In this document: one piece after another, positions 41,579 through 55,123 of the stretch
Position numbering within the stretch: position 1 is the first letter of the stretch
Layout of the letters: the number at the start of each line of letters is the position of its first letter
Assembly: GCA_951406725.2 (NCBI GenBank)
Contig: OX597814.1
Location: 49,042,001 to 49,106,000, forward strand
DNA: 64,000 nt
DNA from: Octopus vulgaris
Lineage: Eukaryota
Reading direction: 5' to 3'
Position numbers and translations under genes: made by a program
The notes under the pieces: model-generated
What the model was told of the DNA's origin: nothing
Seen by the model: only the letters and a program-made list of their open reading frames with translations
Database searches by the model: none

Positions 41579-43989
41579 GTGGACTTACAGTTGTTAAAAC
41601 TGAACATCAACCATATAAATCTCAATAGTCATGGAGGGATAGCAACAATCATAACCACTGACCCTGCTTCTGACCAAGCCATTAAAAAGTTACTTCAACA
41701 CAACTTAGATCGTCTAGGAGGAGCAATAACTAGGAGCAGTTTTTTAGAGGAAGGTTTGAAAATGCTATAGCTATCTACAAGACTTATTTTCTTATTTTTA
41801 TCATCATAGAAATCAAAGTTAACTAATCCTATGATTTTTTGTGGCTCGTAAAATAAGTAACCTTAAAAAAAAATAAACTCACCTATTCCATTCATTGTCC
41901 AAATGGTCATCTGCAGTCATTTATTCCATTCATAATTGTTCATAAACTTCTGAAAATAAAATATCATTGAATGTATAAACAAAATTCATTATACAATTAA
42001 AGAAGATCTCATAACCAACTGAATTCATAACTAAAAATGTTGCTTACAGAAGATTCTGCTATGCTTATAGAAAGAGAAAAATGTACCTAAGGCTCATTAA
42101 AAAAAAAACATAAAATAAGCAATTAAAATTGTTTAAAATTCTTGAAAGACATAGAAATTAAATTCAAATAATAAGAAATTTGATTAGATGTTTAAAATTT
42201 TCATTGTAAATTTGGTAGAATCAATTTCAGCAAAGGATTTTGATAATGCATTATGTCTTTGTGACATCACTGAAGACTAAGTGGTTTCTTTTTCTCTTTT
42301 AGAAGGATTTTTTAACAGTTTGATCAAAGGAGAAAAAGCAGCATCCCTGACCATTTTCAAATCCTCAATAGCTTGTAGGAAGAAAGGAGAAATCTATCTT
42401 CAGACCAAAAAGTTGAACTGGATGCTTGTAACAGTGAACTCTGCTAAAAGCATCCAAAGGTCAGGTGGTGGTGTTAAACTATCTACCAGATTAAGTCAAC
42501 CACCTATCACAACAAGTTTTATGAAATATTCATTATATTGTGCTCTTACTATGCAAAGCAATTAGGCTGGCTGGGCCTGTGACAGTTAGGTATTTTTGCT
42601 AGAATTTTCTCTACAGCACTGGTAATGATATGTAAATCAAATTCACTTTGGCTGCACAATAACAGAATGATAATGATAGTAACCATAAGAGATGAACATT
42701 ATGATAGTCATAGGCATTGTGGCATAAAAATCTGTGTCTTTCTTTGCTGAAATTCTGTAAGAATATTGTGTTTTTATAAGGTTAGTATAAACTCTTAAAA
42801 CTTGATAGCCTTTCTCTGTATTTCTATTTTTATATATTCAAAAGAAAGACAACTTTGTAATATCTAAGAAACCATTTGGGAAAAGTATTAGGATGCATGT
42901 ATTCATAACCCTCTGTTATAGAAAATAAAGGTCAGTGAAAACAAACCAATTTTATAGAATATTGTCTCAAAATAAATATTTTCTGTCTAATATTTTGTGT
43001 AACATTTCTAATAACAGTTTAAAAGCCCTTACATGGCTACATCACTATTGACATTCTAGCTTCTAGATAATCATATCCAATTCATTCACTTAGAGTCACT
43101 TGAATGATGTTGTTTTTAGAGAAAAAAAATCTCAGAAAAAGAGTTGGTGTCAGATTGATTTGCATTTGAGAATCTTGCTGTTGATGTAACTGAATACAAC
43201 ACTGATTATTGTAGTTTACTCAAAGTAATACAATCTAACGTGAAATGGTTTATTTTCAGATTCAAAAATTTTTATGATTTCCAAACCATCTACAATGTAA
43301 AGTTCATGGACATCAAATAGTTATATAGCTATTGTGGGTCAAACTATTTATTTTCCTTCTTAGTAGTGCTCTGCAGTAGGACAATATATGTATTATCCTT
43401 GATTTTAATGAATTTATTAAGAACACTTTTTCTTTTGTCAGCTGTCATACACAGTATTCCTTCTTCAGTAATATTCCCAAAGAATATAATTTAAAAATTC
43501 AAATTTAAAATTTTTCTCAACATTTTATTGTATTTTGTATTCTAGCAAAAGGTAGCTCACAATGATTTAAGACATTATAATTTATTATTAAAATCACACT
43601 TATAAATTTCTCATACACTTACATAATTTTCATAACCACATGCACACAGACACACAAACAGATGGCCATGCACACACACACACCTTCACCGCCATTGACC
43701 GATTACAATCAAAGTTGTTTACAATTTTGAAATATAACAAAAGAAATTGTAACAATAATTTTGACATCAAATTTTAACAATATAAATATGTAATCACATT
43801 TCATATAATATTTATCTAGAGTGCTCATAAAATGGTGAAACTCAAGTTTATTGGCATAGTAGTTCCTGCATAGGAGTTCCTATGGACAGCCAGTCATAAT
43901 AAACTCTTCTGCTATGGCTTGATAAACTAAAATAAACAAGATCAGGTTGAGCAGTGTGCCCTGTTGGATACCTGCTTGCACTATAATTT

Positions 43990-44620
43990 CCCTGCCATAA
44001 TTATTACTTACAGCCACCTTATTGACAGCATCTTTGTTCATGCTTCCACAGTTAACTATCCCTGTAACGACCTAACCACACTGTGTAGCACCTTGTCAAA
44101 GGTTTTCTCCAAGTAAAGAAATGCTAGGTATAGAGACTTAAAAACTTAGCTAAGGTCTCCTGTAATAGAAAGTGAGCACCATTGACACCACATCCAAACA
44201 CAAACCCAAACAGCTTTTCTCATGTAAGTTCTCTTTCAAATCAGGTGTACTATAACTCATTCTGTTGCCTTCATCACTTGATCCATCTATTTCATGCCTC
44301 TGTAGTTATTTCTCTCTAGAGTGTCTTCACTGTTCTATAGCACTTGATGATATCACAACACCATTGTGGATAACACCTCTTTCTACCATATAACTGACTG
44401 CCTGCATGACATATGTCTAATTACAGCATCTCAGAAACCAATTTTTGTCGTCAAGCAACTTTCCTACATTCACAAACTCACAGTTTTGATTATATTGCTG
44501 TCACCATCAATAACTGGTCCTGCTTTTGGGTCTACTTGCAATAGACCTCTCTCCATCCTTCATGCATTTTCTTTATTCAACAAGCTCTTCTAGTAACATT
44601 TTCATGTCCTTTATTCTTAG
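43990..44620 (-). mobile_element. Older RTE LINE RT fragment
   Basis: Minus-strand remnants GIKWIDQVMKATE and LYLAFLYLEKTFDKV (cf. RTE LYxAFVDLEKAFDRV). Confidence 0.7.
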
Positions 44621-45396
44621 TGCATACATATGTGTGTGTGAGAGAGAGGGGGGAGGGAGGGGAAAAATGCAATTATAAATGAAGGTGAAAGACTAGATTG
44701 TTTGAATGACTTATGATGTCTATTGATGCACCCATTTTTTTTTAGACTAAACCACAGCTGAATCTTAGGAAATAAAATTCAATAACCACTTTTGGCTGAC
44801 TGTTGGTAAACATTCAGCTAAAAAATGTTATTGAGTTTTTTACCAATTTAAAACAGGTAATGAAACAAATTTCAAAATATGAAGTTGAAACAAATTATTA
44901 CTAAAATCTATTAACTATTGAGTGCTCGTGACATGGAACTAAAATTCTAGAAAATATTTTGTGAAATTATTATTAAAAAATTCAATTTGATTTTTTGATT
45001 ATAATTAATATTTCAATTTCTGATTAGGTACATTTTAATGATAAGTAAATTTATTCCAAGAATATTTGGAAATAAGTGTATATAGTCTTTTGATCATTCC
45101 AGAGGCAAAAAATGTCAAATGGGTAAAAGTGACTAAGAGACACTGGTATTTAATGTCACGCTTAACTCTTGAATAGTTTGCAAACTTGGCTACACCCAGT
45201 TTATACACATATGTGTAGAAGCATACACACACATATATATATACCAAACAGTCATCCATCCATCCATCCATCCATCCATCCATCCACCCATCCATCCACC
45301 CACACACACACACACGTGTGTGTATGTAAATATATTGGTTAATATGCATTCATACTTGTTCATATATATATTCCCTTTCTCTGTGTGTGTGCACGC

Positions 45397-45432
<36 letters not shown>

Positions 45433-45900
45433 ACATGTACTTGTGTGTATAGGAGTGTGTATGTATTTAAGAACATATGTAAGTGCATCTGTCAGAAGAA
45501 CAGCTGGCAAAATTGATAAAATGTTGAGTCTGCCAGCTGATTGATCCAGAACTGTGAGGTGCCGATAGCACTTTATTAAGTCCATAGCAAAGACATTTTC
45601 CTCTCAGTTGGCATATGACTGTGTGGTTCAGAAGTTTGCTTCTCAAATTCATAGTTATGAGTTCAATCCCAACAGTGTGTGAACCTTGAGTATCTTCTGC
45701 CATTGTCTTGTGTCAATCAAAGCTTTATGGATAAAATTTTGTAGAAGGAGTTATTTTTTTTGAAGCCTATCAGAAAAACAGGTCCTATTTTGAGTGGTAT
45801 ATTTAATCCAATACCAATATTTAATCCAATAGTTTAACATCACCATCTGGTGTATGGGTGCTTGTGTCAAAGTACTATCCATTGTAAGCATCTAATGTAT

Positions 45901-46310
45901 TACTCTTTTACTCTTTTACTTGTTTCAGTCATTTGACTGCGGCCATGCTGGAGCACCGCCTTTAGTCGAGCAAATCGACCCTGGGACTTATTCTTTGTAA
46001 GCCCAGTACTTATTCTATCGGCCTCTTTTGCTGAACCGCTAAGTGACAGGGACGTAAACACACCAGCATCGGTTGTCAAGCAATGCTAGTGGGACAAACA
46101 CAGACACACAAACACACACATACATATATATACATATACATATATACGACAGGCTTCTTTCAGTTTCCGTCTACCAAATTCACTCACAAGGCATTGGTTG
46201 GCCCGGGGCTATAGCAGAAGACACTTGCCCAAGATGCCACGCAGTGGGACTGAACCCGGAACCATGTGGTTTGTTAGCAAGCTACTTACCACACAGCCAC
46301 TCCTGCGCCT
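45901..46310 (-). mobile_element. Full-length young composite CORE-type SINE
   Basis: Head GGCGCAGGAGTGGCTGTGTGGTAAGTAGC, CORE-like CTTGGGCAAGTG, (GTAAAAGA)n tail, flanked by ATGTAT. Confidence 0.88.
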
Positions 46311-46887
46311 ATGTATACAATCTGATGCAAACATCCTCCCTTCCTTCTTCCCTTTGATTATGCTTTCAGTCATTCATTTTTTTGTCCCATTTTCCCATTC
46401 TAGCACAGGTTAGATTAATATATTATTGAGATATTATTTTCCAGTCGAATGCACTTCCTGGTGCTAATCCTTACCTGCTTTCCAAGTAAAGGATATCTTA
46501 TTCCAGACAGATTTTACAATACTAAGCAGGTAGACAGTTTATCATTGTGCCAGTAACAATACTGTTCAAACATCGGGATGTATGCATAAGTATGCATAGA
46601 TGTAAACAAGCACACAGATAGTCACACTTGCATGCACATGTTTATATATATGCATGTACAGCCATCAAAAACACTGATACACGTGTGTATATACACGTGT
46701 GTATATACACGTGCATAAACATATAGAGGAGAGAATGAAGAGAGAGAGAGAGTGAGAGAGAGAGAGACTGACAGGGAAAGAGAGAAACAGTATTGACTGG
46801 TATTTTCTCTATCAAACTTAAAGGGACAAAGCACAAAGTTCGACAAGTCAAGATTTGAAGTAAGGCATTTTATTCATAAAGCAATTC

Positions 46888-46892
<5 letters not shown>

Positions 46893-46936
<44 letters not shown>
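46893..46936. repeat. (CT)n microsatellite
   Basis: Read directly. Confidence 0.98.
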
Positions 46937-46940
<4 letters not shown>

Positions 46941-48776
46941 AAAAAGATGAGAAGCAAAGACACCCCCCAGTGGATTTTTAACTCAGAACATAGAGACATA
47001 CAAAATGCTGCTAAGCATTTTTCCCAGTATACAAGTACAAGGCCTGAAATTTGTGGGGAGGGAACTAGTCGATTACATTGACCCCAGTACTCAACTGGTA
47101 CTTATTTTATTGACTCCCGAAAAGATGAAAGGTAAAGTTGACCTCAGCAGAATTTGTACTCAGAATGCCTGATATTATTTTATCAACCCTGAAAAGATGA
47201 AAGGCAAAATCAACCTTGGCAGCATTTGATCTCAGAACATAGTGACAGGCAAAATACCATTAAGCATTTCGTCCAGTGTGCTAACAATTCTGCTAGCTTG
47301 CTGCCTTTCAGGCTTTTTATAATAAAATATAAATAATAGTAGAAAGACCATAATCTGATGTGTGTCATCAAGCTGAGGAGAAAAAGACAGTGACCAAAGA
47401 AATACCCTGCAAACTAGTGGACATGCTGTGATAGTGTGCATATCCACTATCGCAATATTTATGGGTATATCTTTAGTATTTTAAAGTTTGTCTTCTTATC
47501 TTCTTGAAATGTACATTTTCTTTGAGATAAGAATTTTAAGCAACTTGAGAGACCTGTGGTATGAAAGGTAAACAAGAAACAGACAGATATTGCACACAGC
47601 AAAAAGTTTATAAATCAGTTGACTAGGATTCAAAAAAGTTATCATCATTTCTAACATTAAAACTCTTCATTTGTATGTGGGGTGGTAGGGGCAGTGTATG
47701 TGTATTTTAAATAACATGTATTGAGTTTAAAATGACTTGGATGAATTTACAAACATCCTACTATAAATTTATGTGTCCAAAATGGTATTTTAACTAGATA
47801 TAGAATTCTGATTTCAGATTTTTTTTCTAACTCATTTAAACATTTTTTGTTTTGTTTTGTTTTGATTTGAAATCTGAAATTTGAATTATTTCCCTAAATG
47901 AAAATTAGAAAGCATGTTTCTAAGATTCAGATGTGACTGTGTGGTAGACAAGTTTGCTTTCCAACCACACTGTCTTAGGTTCAGTTCCACAGCATGGTAC
48001 CTTAAACATGTGTCTTTTACTCTAGCCCCAGGCTAATCAAAGCCTTGTGAGCAGATTTGGTTGACAGAAATTGAAAGAAGCATGTTGTATAATATATATA
48101 TGGCTCCCATTCTGGTGGCACACAAAATGCATCATCCAAATGTGGTTGATACCAGTATCCCCTGACTGGCTCATGTGCCAGTGGCATGTAAAAAGTACCC
48201 ACTACACTCTTGAAGTGGATGCCATTAGGAAGGGCATCCAGCTGTAGAAACATTGCCAGATCAGATTGGAGCCTGGTACAGTCACTGGCTCTCCAGACCT
48301 CAGTCAAACTGTCCAACCCAAGCCAGCATAGAAAACAGATGTTAAATGATAATGATGATGATGACATATATATACATACTTTTGACATATGCTTCAAAAA
48401 CAACATTGGTTTTATTCCAAAGGAATAAACAGTGTAAAATAATGTAATCTCATCAGGAAAGAAAGAAAACCTATCTCAATAACAAGACATTATAACAATT
48501 TTGATGACTGCATAAATGATAAACAGAATGCTATTAAGTATTTTTTAAAAAAACATTAGTAGATCCAACATCAAAGGCGGACCCTAGGAAGAGAAGGGTA
48601 AAGAAATAATAAGTTGAGAACAAATAAAGAGGGATATATTGGTTGAAAAAATGTTCAAAGCCTTGGAAGTAGATTTCTCTATTGAAGTAAAGTGCAAGGT
48701 GAACTAAATGTTCAAACTATACAGATTGGGAAAAATCACTTATATGAGCTAAAGGTATGTTTCTGCCAGTGCTTAC

Positions 48777-49273
48777 ATTTCTAAGATCGCTCTATAAGTG
48801 TGTTAACAAAGTGATTCTTAGAGAAGAGAATATGGAAGAGTTCAGAGTTGTCAACCAAATCTGCTCACAAGGCTTTAATTAGCCTGGGGCTAGAGTAAAA
48901 GACACATGTCTAAGGTACCATGCTGCGGAACTGAACCTAAGACAATGTGGTTGGAAAGCAAACTTGTCTACCACACAGTCACATCCGAATCTTAGAAACA
49001 TGCTTTCTAATTTTCATTTAGGGAAACAATTCAAATTTTATTAATTTCAGATTTCAAATCAAAACAAAACAAAACAAAAAATATGTTTAAATGGGTTAGA
49101 AAAAAAATCTGAAATCAAAATTCTATATCTAGTTAAAATACCATTTTGGACACATAAATTTATAGTAGGATGTTAGAGAATATGGAAGAGTTCAGAGTTG
49201 AACTCTGAACTCTTCCATATTCTCTTCTCTAAGAATCACCTTGTTAACACACTTTTAGAGTGATCTTACAAAT
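48777..49273. repeat. 73-bp fold-back palindrome with an inverted local copy inserted at its apex
   Basis: 48777-48849 is the reverse complement of 49201-49273 (4 mismatches). 26-bp direct repeat at 48825-48850 and 49175-49200. 48849-49174 is the reverse complement of 47752-48066. Confidence 0.95.
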
Positions 49274-49804
49274 TTTCTATCTCAGCCTCTGGTTCATGCT
49301 TGTACAAGTTTTCTATTATTTTCAAACCACACACTCAGCTAACACTCCAGTGTACTCTTTTACCAAAACATGCCCACACTTATTTGTTGTTTGTGCTAAT
49401 TTACTGCACTCACTCAAGAGATGATTGATACTTTCAACTTCTTTCCTGCAGATTCAGCATTTGCTGTCTGACTGAGTTTTCTCAATATTTGCTTTTATCA
49501 TATTTGTTCTAATGACTTGTTCCAGAGTGGCTAATTAGTGTCTCAGTCTCTTTTTTATCATTATTATTATTATTATTATTACTATCATATTTCAAACTGG
49601 AATTTATAGTTCAAGCAAAATTCAATGAAGACTTGTTTTTCAGGTTAAATCATATTACAGTGTTTGATTGAATTTTAATCTTAATTTTTTAAGTTTTATT
49701 CATCAGATTTCAGCTTTCAATATCAGTTTATGAAAATATTTCAGATTTATTAAATTAAAAACTATAAAATGAATTAAATTAAATAAACACACATCTTTAG
49801 GAAT

Positions 49805-49861
<57 letters not shown>
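49805..49861. repeat. (ATC)n microsatellite, the expanded tail of a minus-strand RTE-type retroposon (to ~50050)
   Basis: (CAT)n followed by CGTTTAACGTCTGCTTTCCATGCTGGCATGGG. Confidence 0.95.
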
Positions 49862-50089
49862 GTTTAACGTCTGCTTTCCATGCTGGCATGGGTTGGATGA
49901 TTTGACTGAGGACTGGCGATCCAGATGGCTACACCAGGCTCCAATGTGATCTGGCAGAGTTTCTACAGGCTGGATGCCCTTCCTAACACCAACCTCTCTG
50001 AGAGTGTAGTGGGTACTTTTATGTGCCATCAGCATGAGGGCCAGTCAGGTGAGATATATATATATATATATGTGCATACATACATACAC

Positions 50090-50820
50090 ACAAGGTTCAG
50101 CTGAAAAGTTCACAGAGTGACCAAGATACTCTCATGGTATGCAACCAAATGAGGTTTATTTTTCAACATAGTACCCCTTGAGGTCCATACACTTCTTCCA
50201 TCAGTGTTGTTGTGCTCAGATCCCACTGGTAAAGAAGCTTTCATCTGGTTGATCAAAAAAGTCATCAACAGTAGGTATGACATCATCATCACTATGATAC
50301 TGCTTCCCAGCCAAATGTTTTTTCATGTTGGGGAACTGATGATAGTCATATGTGGCCAAACCAACAGTGATTGAAAACAAGGACTTGTATTCTGGAGCTT
50401 TGTCCAGATGAAACAAACCCCCTTTCATCAGTTTTCCTGGGTGTTTGGTCTTGATAACCTTTCATAACTTCCTAATCAAGTTGGCACAGTACATTCCATT
50501 GATGGTGTGACCCTTTTAAAGATAGTCAATAAACAATGATTTTTGCATCCCCTAAAATATGAGGCCTCTGCAGATGAAACAATCTTGGTCTTTTTGGAGC
50601 TGTTGTATGGATTGTCACTTTGTCACTGGTTCAAAGTGATGAAGCCAATACTCATCCTGGATTAAGAAACGTTCAAGGAAAAGGAAACCAACTGGCTCTG
50701 CCTCAAACAATGTCAGATTTTTCTGTGATGTAATCAGCCGAGTCTGCTTTTGATCAGGTGTCAGATGATGTGGTACCTACAGAGCAGAAACCTTCATCAT
50801 GTCAAGTCCATTGTGTAGAA
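50090..50820 (-). mobile_element. Decayed mariner element with one TIR
   Basis: LATYDYHQFPNMKKHLAGKQYHSDDDV...FFTSGI. TIR-like ACAAGGTTCAGCTGAAAAGTTC at ~50090. Confidence 0.75.
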
Positions 50821-51406
50821 TATTTTCAACTCTCTCATGTAATATGCTGTAGAAACCATGCCAAAACAGACAAATGGAAGCTGGGCAACTCTCCAGTTGA
50901 CCAACTCATGTTAAACCGTCCCACCCATACCAGCATGGAGAACAGAAGTTAAAAGATGATGATGATGTTAACCAACAATGGAGCTCAAACCAGCAAGAGG
51001 GGCTTCTACGTGATTACCCACTTGCTGGAGATAAAAGCTAAGTCTCTCCCAAATCATCCTACTTTCTTAGAAAAGAAAAACAATGGAACATTGAATAAAA
51101 ATGTCCTGAGTTCTCTGGGCATAGAAAAAAAAGCCAAATTGGTCACAGCTGGAATGCCTATGATTATGTCTACTCCATAAAGTTTGAACTGGGTTAATCA
51201 ACAATGTAACAATAACTTGTGAACAAGACCATCATCACCAACATCATCATCTTCAACATCAGCAACAAAAAAAATCATCAAGAGATCTAGAATCTTCCAT
51301 AACCATACTGCTCAATGTGAAGCTTTAGAACCAAGCAATCTAAGTTCTGTTGGATGTCAGCAAAGACTTCCATCATTATTTGCTTCCTTTATTTATCATC
51401 ATTATT

Positions 51407-51441
<35 letters not shown>

Positions 51442-52117
51442 CACCATCATCATCATTATCATCATCATCATCATTATTCAATGCTCATTTTTCCATGCTT
51501 GTATGAATGGGTCAGCTGGAATTTTTTAGGTAGATTTTCTATAGCTGGATTCCCTTCCTGTTGCCAATCCACACCAGTTTCCAAGTAAGGTAATATTTCA
51601 CCATGAGCAGACATATCTCAGAAAACTAGAAACAAAGGACATTGCTTGCATGATGGTGACACTTGCTTACAGCTATCATGCAATGTCAACGAAAGGACAC
51701 TAACACACACACACACATGCATATAAATATATATAACAGGCATCTTTCAGTTTCTATCAACCAAATCTACTCACAAGGCTTTGGTTAACTCAGGGCCATT
51801 GTAGAAGAGACTTGCCCAAGGTGCCATGAAGTGGGACTGAACCCCCAAACTATGTGGTTGGGATACAAACTTCGAACTATACAATAACACCTGCTTTACA
51901 TTCATCTTCCCTGGATTATATGGATATTTGAATATTGGATGAGCAATTGTTTTTAACAGTGGGGTGTCCTTTCTGCTATTACCTTCTGAAGCATGAAGTA
52001 AGAGTGAGAGTGGCTAGTTCTAGCCAATACAGCAGTGGTTCTTAACCACTTTTTACCTTTTTACCCTTTGATTCTTATTTTACTGGGATGGATCCTTATC
52101 GCCATTTTGATGTTTAA

Positions 52118-52338
52118 CCCTTTAGCATTTAAACTGGCCCATATCTGGCCAAAATATTCTGCCAGTTTTATGTTCAAACTGGCCAGATTCAACATCTCCC
52201 ACCTGCCCTATAATGTCATTGTAAAAAGTAAGCAGTCACATTATCAAAATCTTGAAGCTACAAGATAATGCATAACTAATTCAAAGCAATGTAAATAAAT
52301 AAGCATTGCATTGACAGAATAATTTGAATGCTAAAGAG
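52118..52338 (+). mobile_element. TTAA-flanked piggyBac-type MITE
   Basis: ttaa|CCCTTTAGCATT ... AATGCTAAAGAG|ttaa. A reverse-orientation copy lies at ~61137-61356. Confidence 0.82.
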
Positions 52339-52420
52339 TTAAACATTCCTATCATATTTTTTTTTATTAAAATTATTAGGAATTGAATAAAAAAAATTAC
52401 TAAAATATTTCTTGAATATA

Positions 52421-52830
52421 GGTGTAGGAGTGGCTGTGTGGTAAATAGCTTGCTTACGAACCACATGGTTCCGGGTTCAGTCCCACTGTGTGGCACCTTG
52501 GGCAAGTGTCTTCTACTGTAGCCTCGGGTCGACCAAAGCCTTGTGAGAAACTGAAACTGAAAGAAGCCCGTCGTATATATGTATATATATGTGTATGTAT
52601 GTGTGTGTGTATACGTTTGTGTGTCTGTATTTGTCCCCACAACATCACTTGATAATTGATGCTGGTGTGTTTACATCCCCATAACTTAGTGGTTCGGCAA
52701 AAAGAGACCGATAGAATAAGTACTAGGCTTACAAAGAATAAGTCCTGGGGTCGATTTGCTCGACTAAAGGCGATGCTCCAGCATGGCCACAGTCAAATGA
52801 CTGAAACAAGTAAAAGAGGAAAAGAGTATA
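52421..52830 (+). mobile_element. Composite CORE-type SINE, same family as 45901-46310
   Basis: GGTGTAGGAGTGGCTGTGTGG head, CCTTGGGCAAGTG, GTAAAAGAG tail. Confidence 0.88.
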
Positions 52831-53074
52831 ACCAATTTATTGTACATAAGTTTTAGCAATAAAATCTTATATGGAACCCTAAGTTCACGTGGATCCTGGT
52901 TGAGAAGCTCTGTTATGTAGTATCTACAATTACATGTCTAACCACTAATAAACAACTAGCCACCAGAACAAACACAGTAACATTATTTTGAAAGCCACTG
53001 TCTATCAATCTGTTGAGAGAAACAAAACAAATATAAGAAAAAAAGAAACATTAATTACTTCTCAAAGTTCAAAT

Positions 53075-53470
53075 TCACCACCACCACCACTACCATTTTC
53101 ACCACCACCACTGCCACTACCTTCATCACAACTCAAAACATCATCATTGCTTTTCTTCTCCCTTCATCTTCAATTCCACCCACCTCATTATTATCATTGC
53201 CATCACCCTCAATGCAATAACAACTACCACCACCACCACTCCACAAACACTACCATTACTACACTTCTTTCATAAGTACCATCAAAAACACCACCACCAC
53301 CACCACCATTACTATCAACGGTACACTAACCCACATCATCATTCCCCTACACACACATATTCTTCACCACTACTGTTACCCCCATTCTTGAAGTCATCAC
53401 CAAAACAACCACTAAAACTAACACCAGCACCATCACAACCACCACCACCACCACCACCACCACCACCATG
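53075..53470. repeat. Degenerate (CAC)n/(CAT)n low-complexity tract
   Basis: Read directly. Confidence 0.9.
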
Positions 53471-54053
53471 TTTTGTTGATTTATGTGTTTTCTCTTAAAA
53501 GCCCTTTTATTTGACAGGAGTTTTTATCTTGGTTTCTATAGAAAGAAGTTAGGAGGTAGGCAAATGTTGGGTGTGGTCAATTAGTTGCAGTGGAGAGCTA
53601 AGTAGTAAAGTGGGTAATGGCTGTAGGGGTTTGAGAGGGAGAGGTTAATTTGAAATATTATTTATTAATCCGGAAGTCTCCCTTAACATGTCACATGGTA
53701 ATTTTCTCCAATTATTTCCTTATTTTTGTAATTTACTTTTATTTTCCTTAAAATAGTAGGACGCTTTTCTTTTCCCCAAAATTTTTCCTAAATTAACCTT
53801 TTCGCCTGTAGCGAGGCACAGAGAAGCCAGCGCCATTTTGAAACAGCAAGATCTCACCTGCAACCATTGCCATATGTGAGACAAAAAGTATCATAAAAAC
53901 CTTCCTTCTATTATACATCATTTCATTGATAAAAATGAAGGGATTGATAAAATAAAGTACCAGTCAAGTGCTGGAGTTGATATAATTGACTAATCCCCCT
54001 CCTGCTAGAATTCCTGGCATTTTACCTGTGGTGGATTGGCTAACCTATTAGAC

Positions 54054-54815
54054 CAGTGGTTCTCAATTGGGGTCCCTATGGCCCTTAGGGGTCCATATAA
54101 AATTTATGTGCAATATATTGGTTATTCTTCTACAATACACAAAATATTTTAACAATTTTTTTATACAATTCCTTAAAACAGAAAGGAAGCAACAGAAAGT
54201 AACAACCACACTCTTACCCGTGTGTAGAGCAGGTCACCTTAAGCTAGTTCCTTATAATTCTTTTATTTGTTTCAGTCATTTGACTGTGGCCATGGTGTAG
54301 CACTGCCTTGAAGGATTTTAGTCGAACAAATCACACCCTGGACTTATTTTTTAAGCCTAGTACTTATTCTATGGGTCTCTTTTGCTGAACCTCCAAGTTA
54401 TGGGGATGTAAACACACCAACACTGGTTGTCAAGTGGTGATAGGGGGCAACAAATACAGACACACACACACAGATATATAGATATGCATACACACACACA
54501 TACACACATACACATATGTATATATATATATATGACAGGCTTCTTTCAGTTTCTGTCTACCAAATCCACTCACAAGGCTTTGGTCAGTTCAAGGCTATAG
54601 TAAAAGGTACTTTTACTAAGGTGTCATGCAGTGGGACTGAACCCGGAACCATGTGTTTGGGAAGCAAGCTTCTTGCCACACAGCCACGCCTGCACCTAAT
54701 ATTCAAGTACAAAAATATAATAGGATTTTTTAAAACATTGAATGACAATGGGTGTCCACCCAGGTAAAATAATAATCAAAGGGGTCCATAGACAAAAAAA
54801 TGGTTGAGAACCATG
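54054..54815. mobile_element. hAT MITE with a nested minus-strand composite SINE (~54260-54697)
   Basis: TIRs CAGTGGTTCTCAA / TTGAGAACCATG. 8-bp TSD TATTAGAC / CATTGGAC (6/8). Confidence 0.8.
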
Positions 54816-55063
54816 CATTGGACAAAATGTCTTGTTCTATTTCCTTTAATTCTTTACATTGGGAGTTCAAATTCTGCCTAGTTCAACTTTGTTTTTATCC
54901 TTGTGGTATCAAAAAATTAAGTACTACTGGGGGTCAGTGGTATTGACAAACACCCTCCCCTCAAAAATCATCTTTGTGCCTACATTAGAAACTCTTATTA
55001 TTATAGTCTTTTGAAACCATAAATTCTGAAATCTCCAGTGACTGAAATTAAAACTTCCCTTGT

Positions 55064-55065
<2 letters not shown>

Positions 55066-55115
<50 letters not shown>
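55066..55115. repeat. (CA)n microsatellite
   Basis: Read directly. Confidence 0.98.

Positions 55116-55123
<8 letters not shown>

Larger units (their letters stand above)
52033..52912. mobile_element. hAT MITE carrying a nested piggyBac-type MITE and a SINE
   Basis: TIRs CAGTGGTTCTTAACC / GGTTGAGAAGCTCTG. Degenerate 8-bp TSD CAATACAG / TTATGTAG. Confidence 0.7.

Noticed and set aside
42281-42565. 94-aa ORF as a protein-coding gene
   Set aside because: It begins within a polypyrimidine tract at a GTG and has no recognisable domain. Kept only as an exon candidate.
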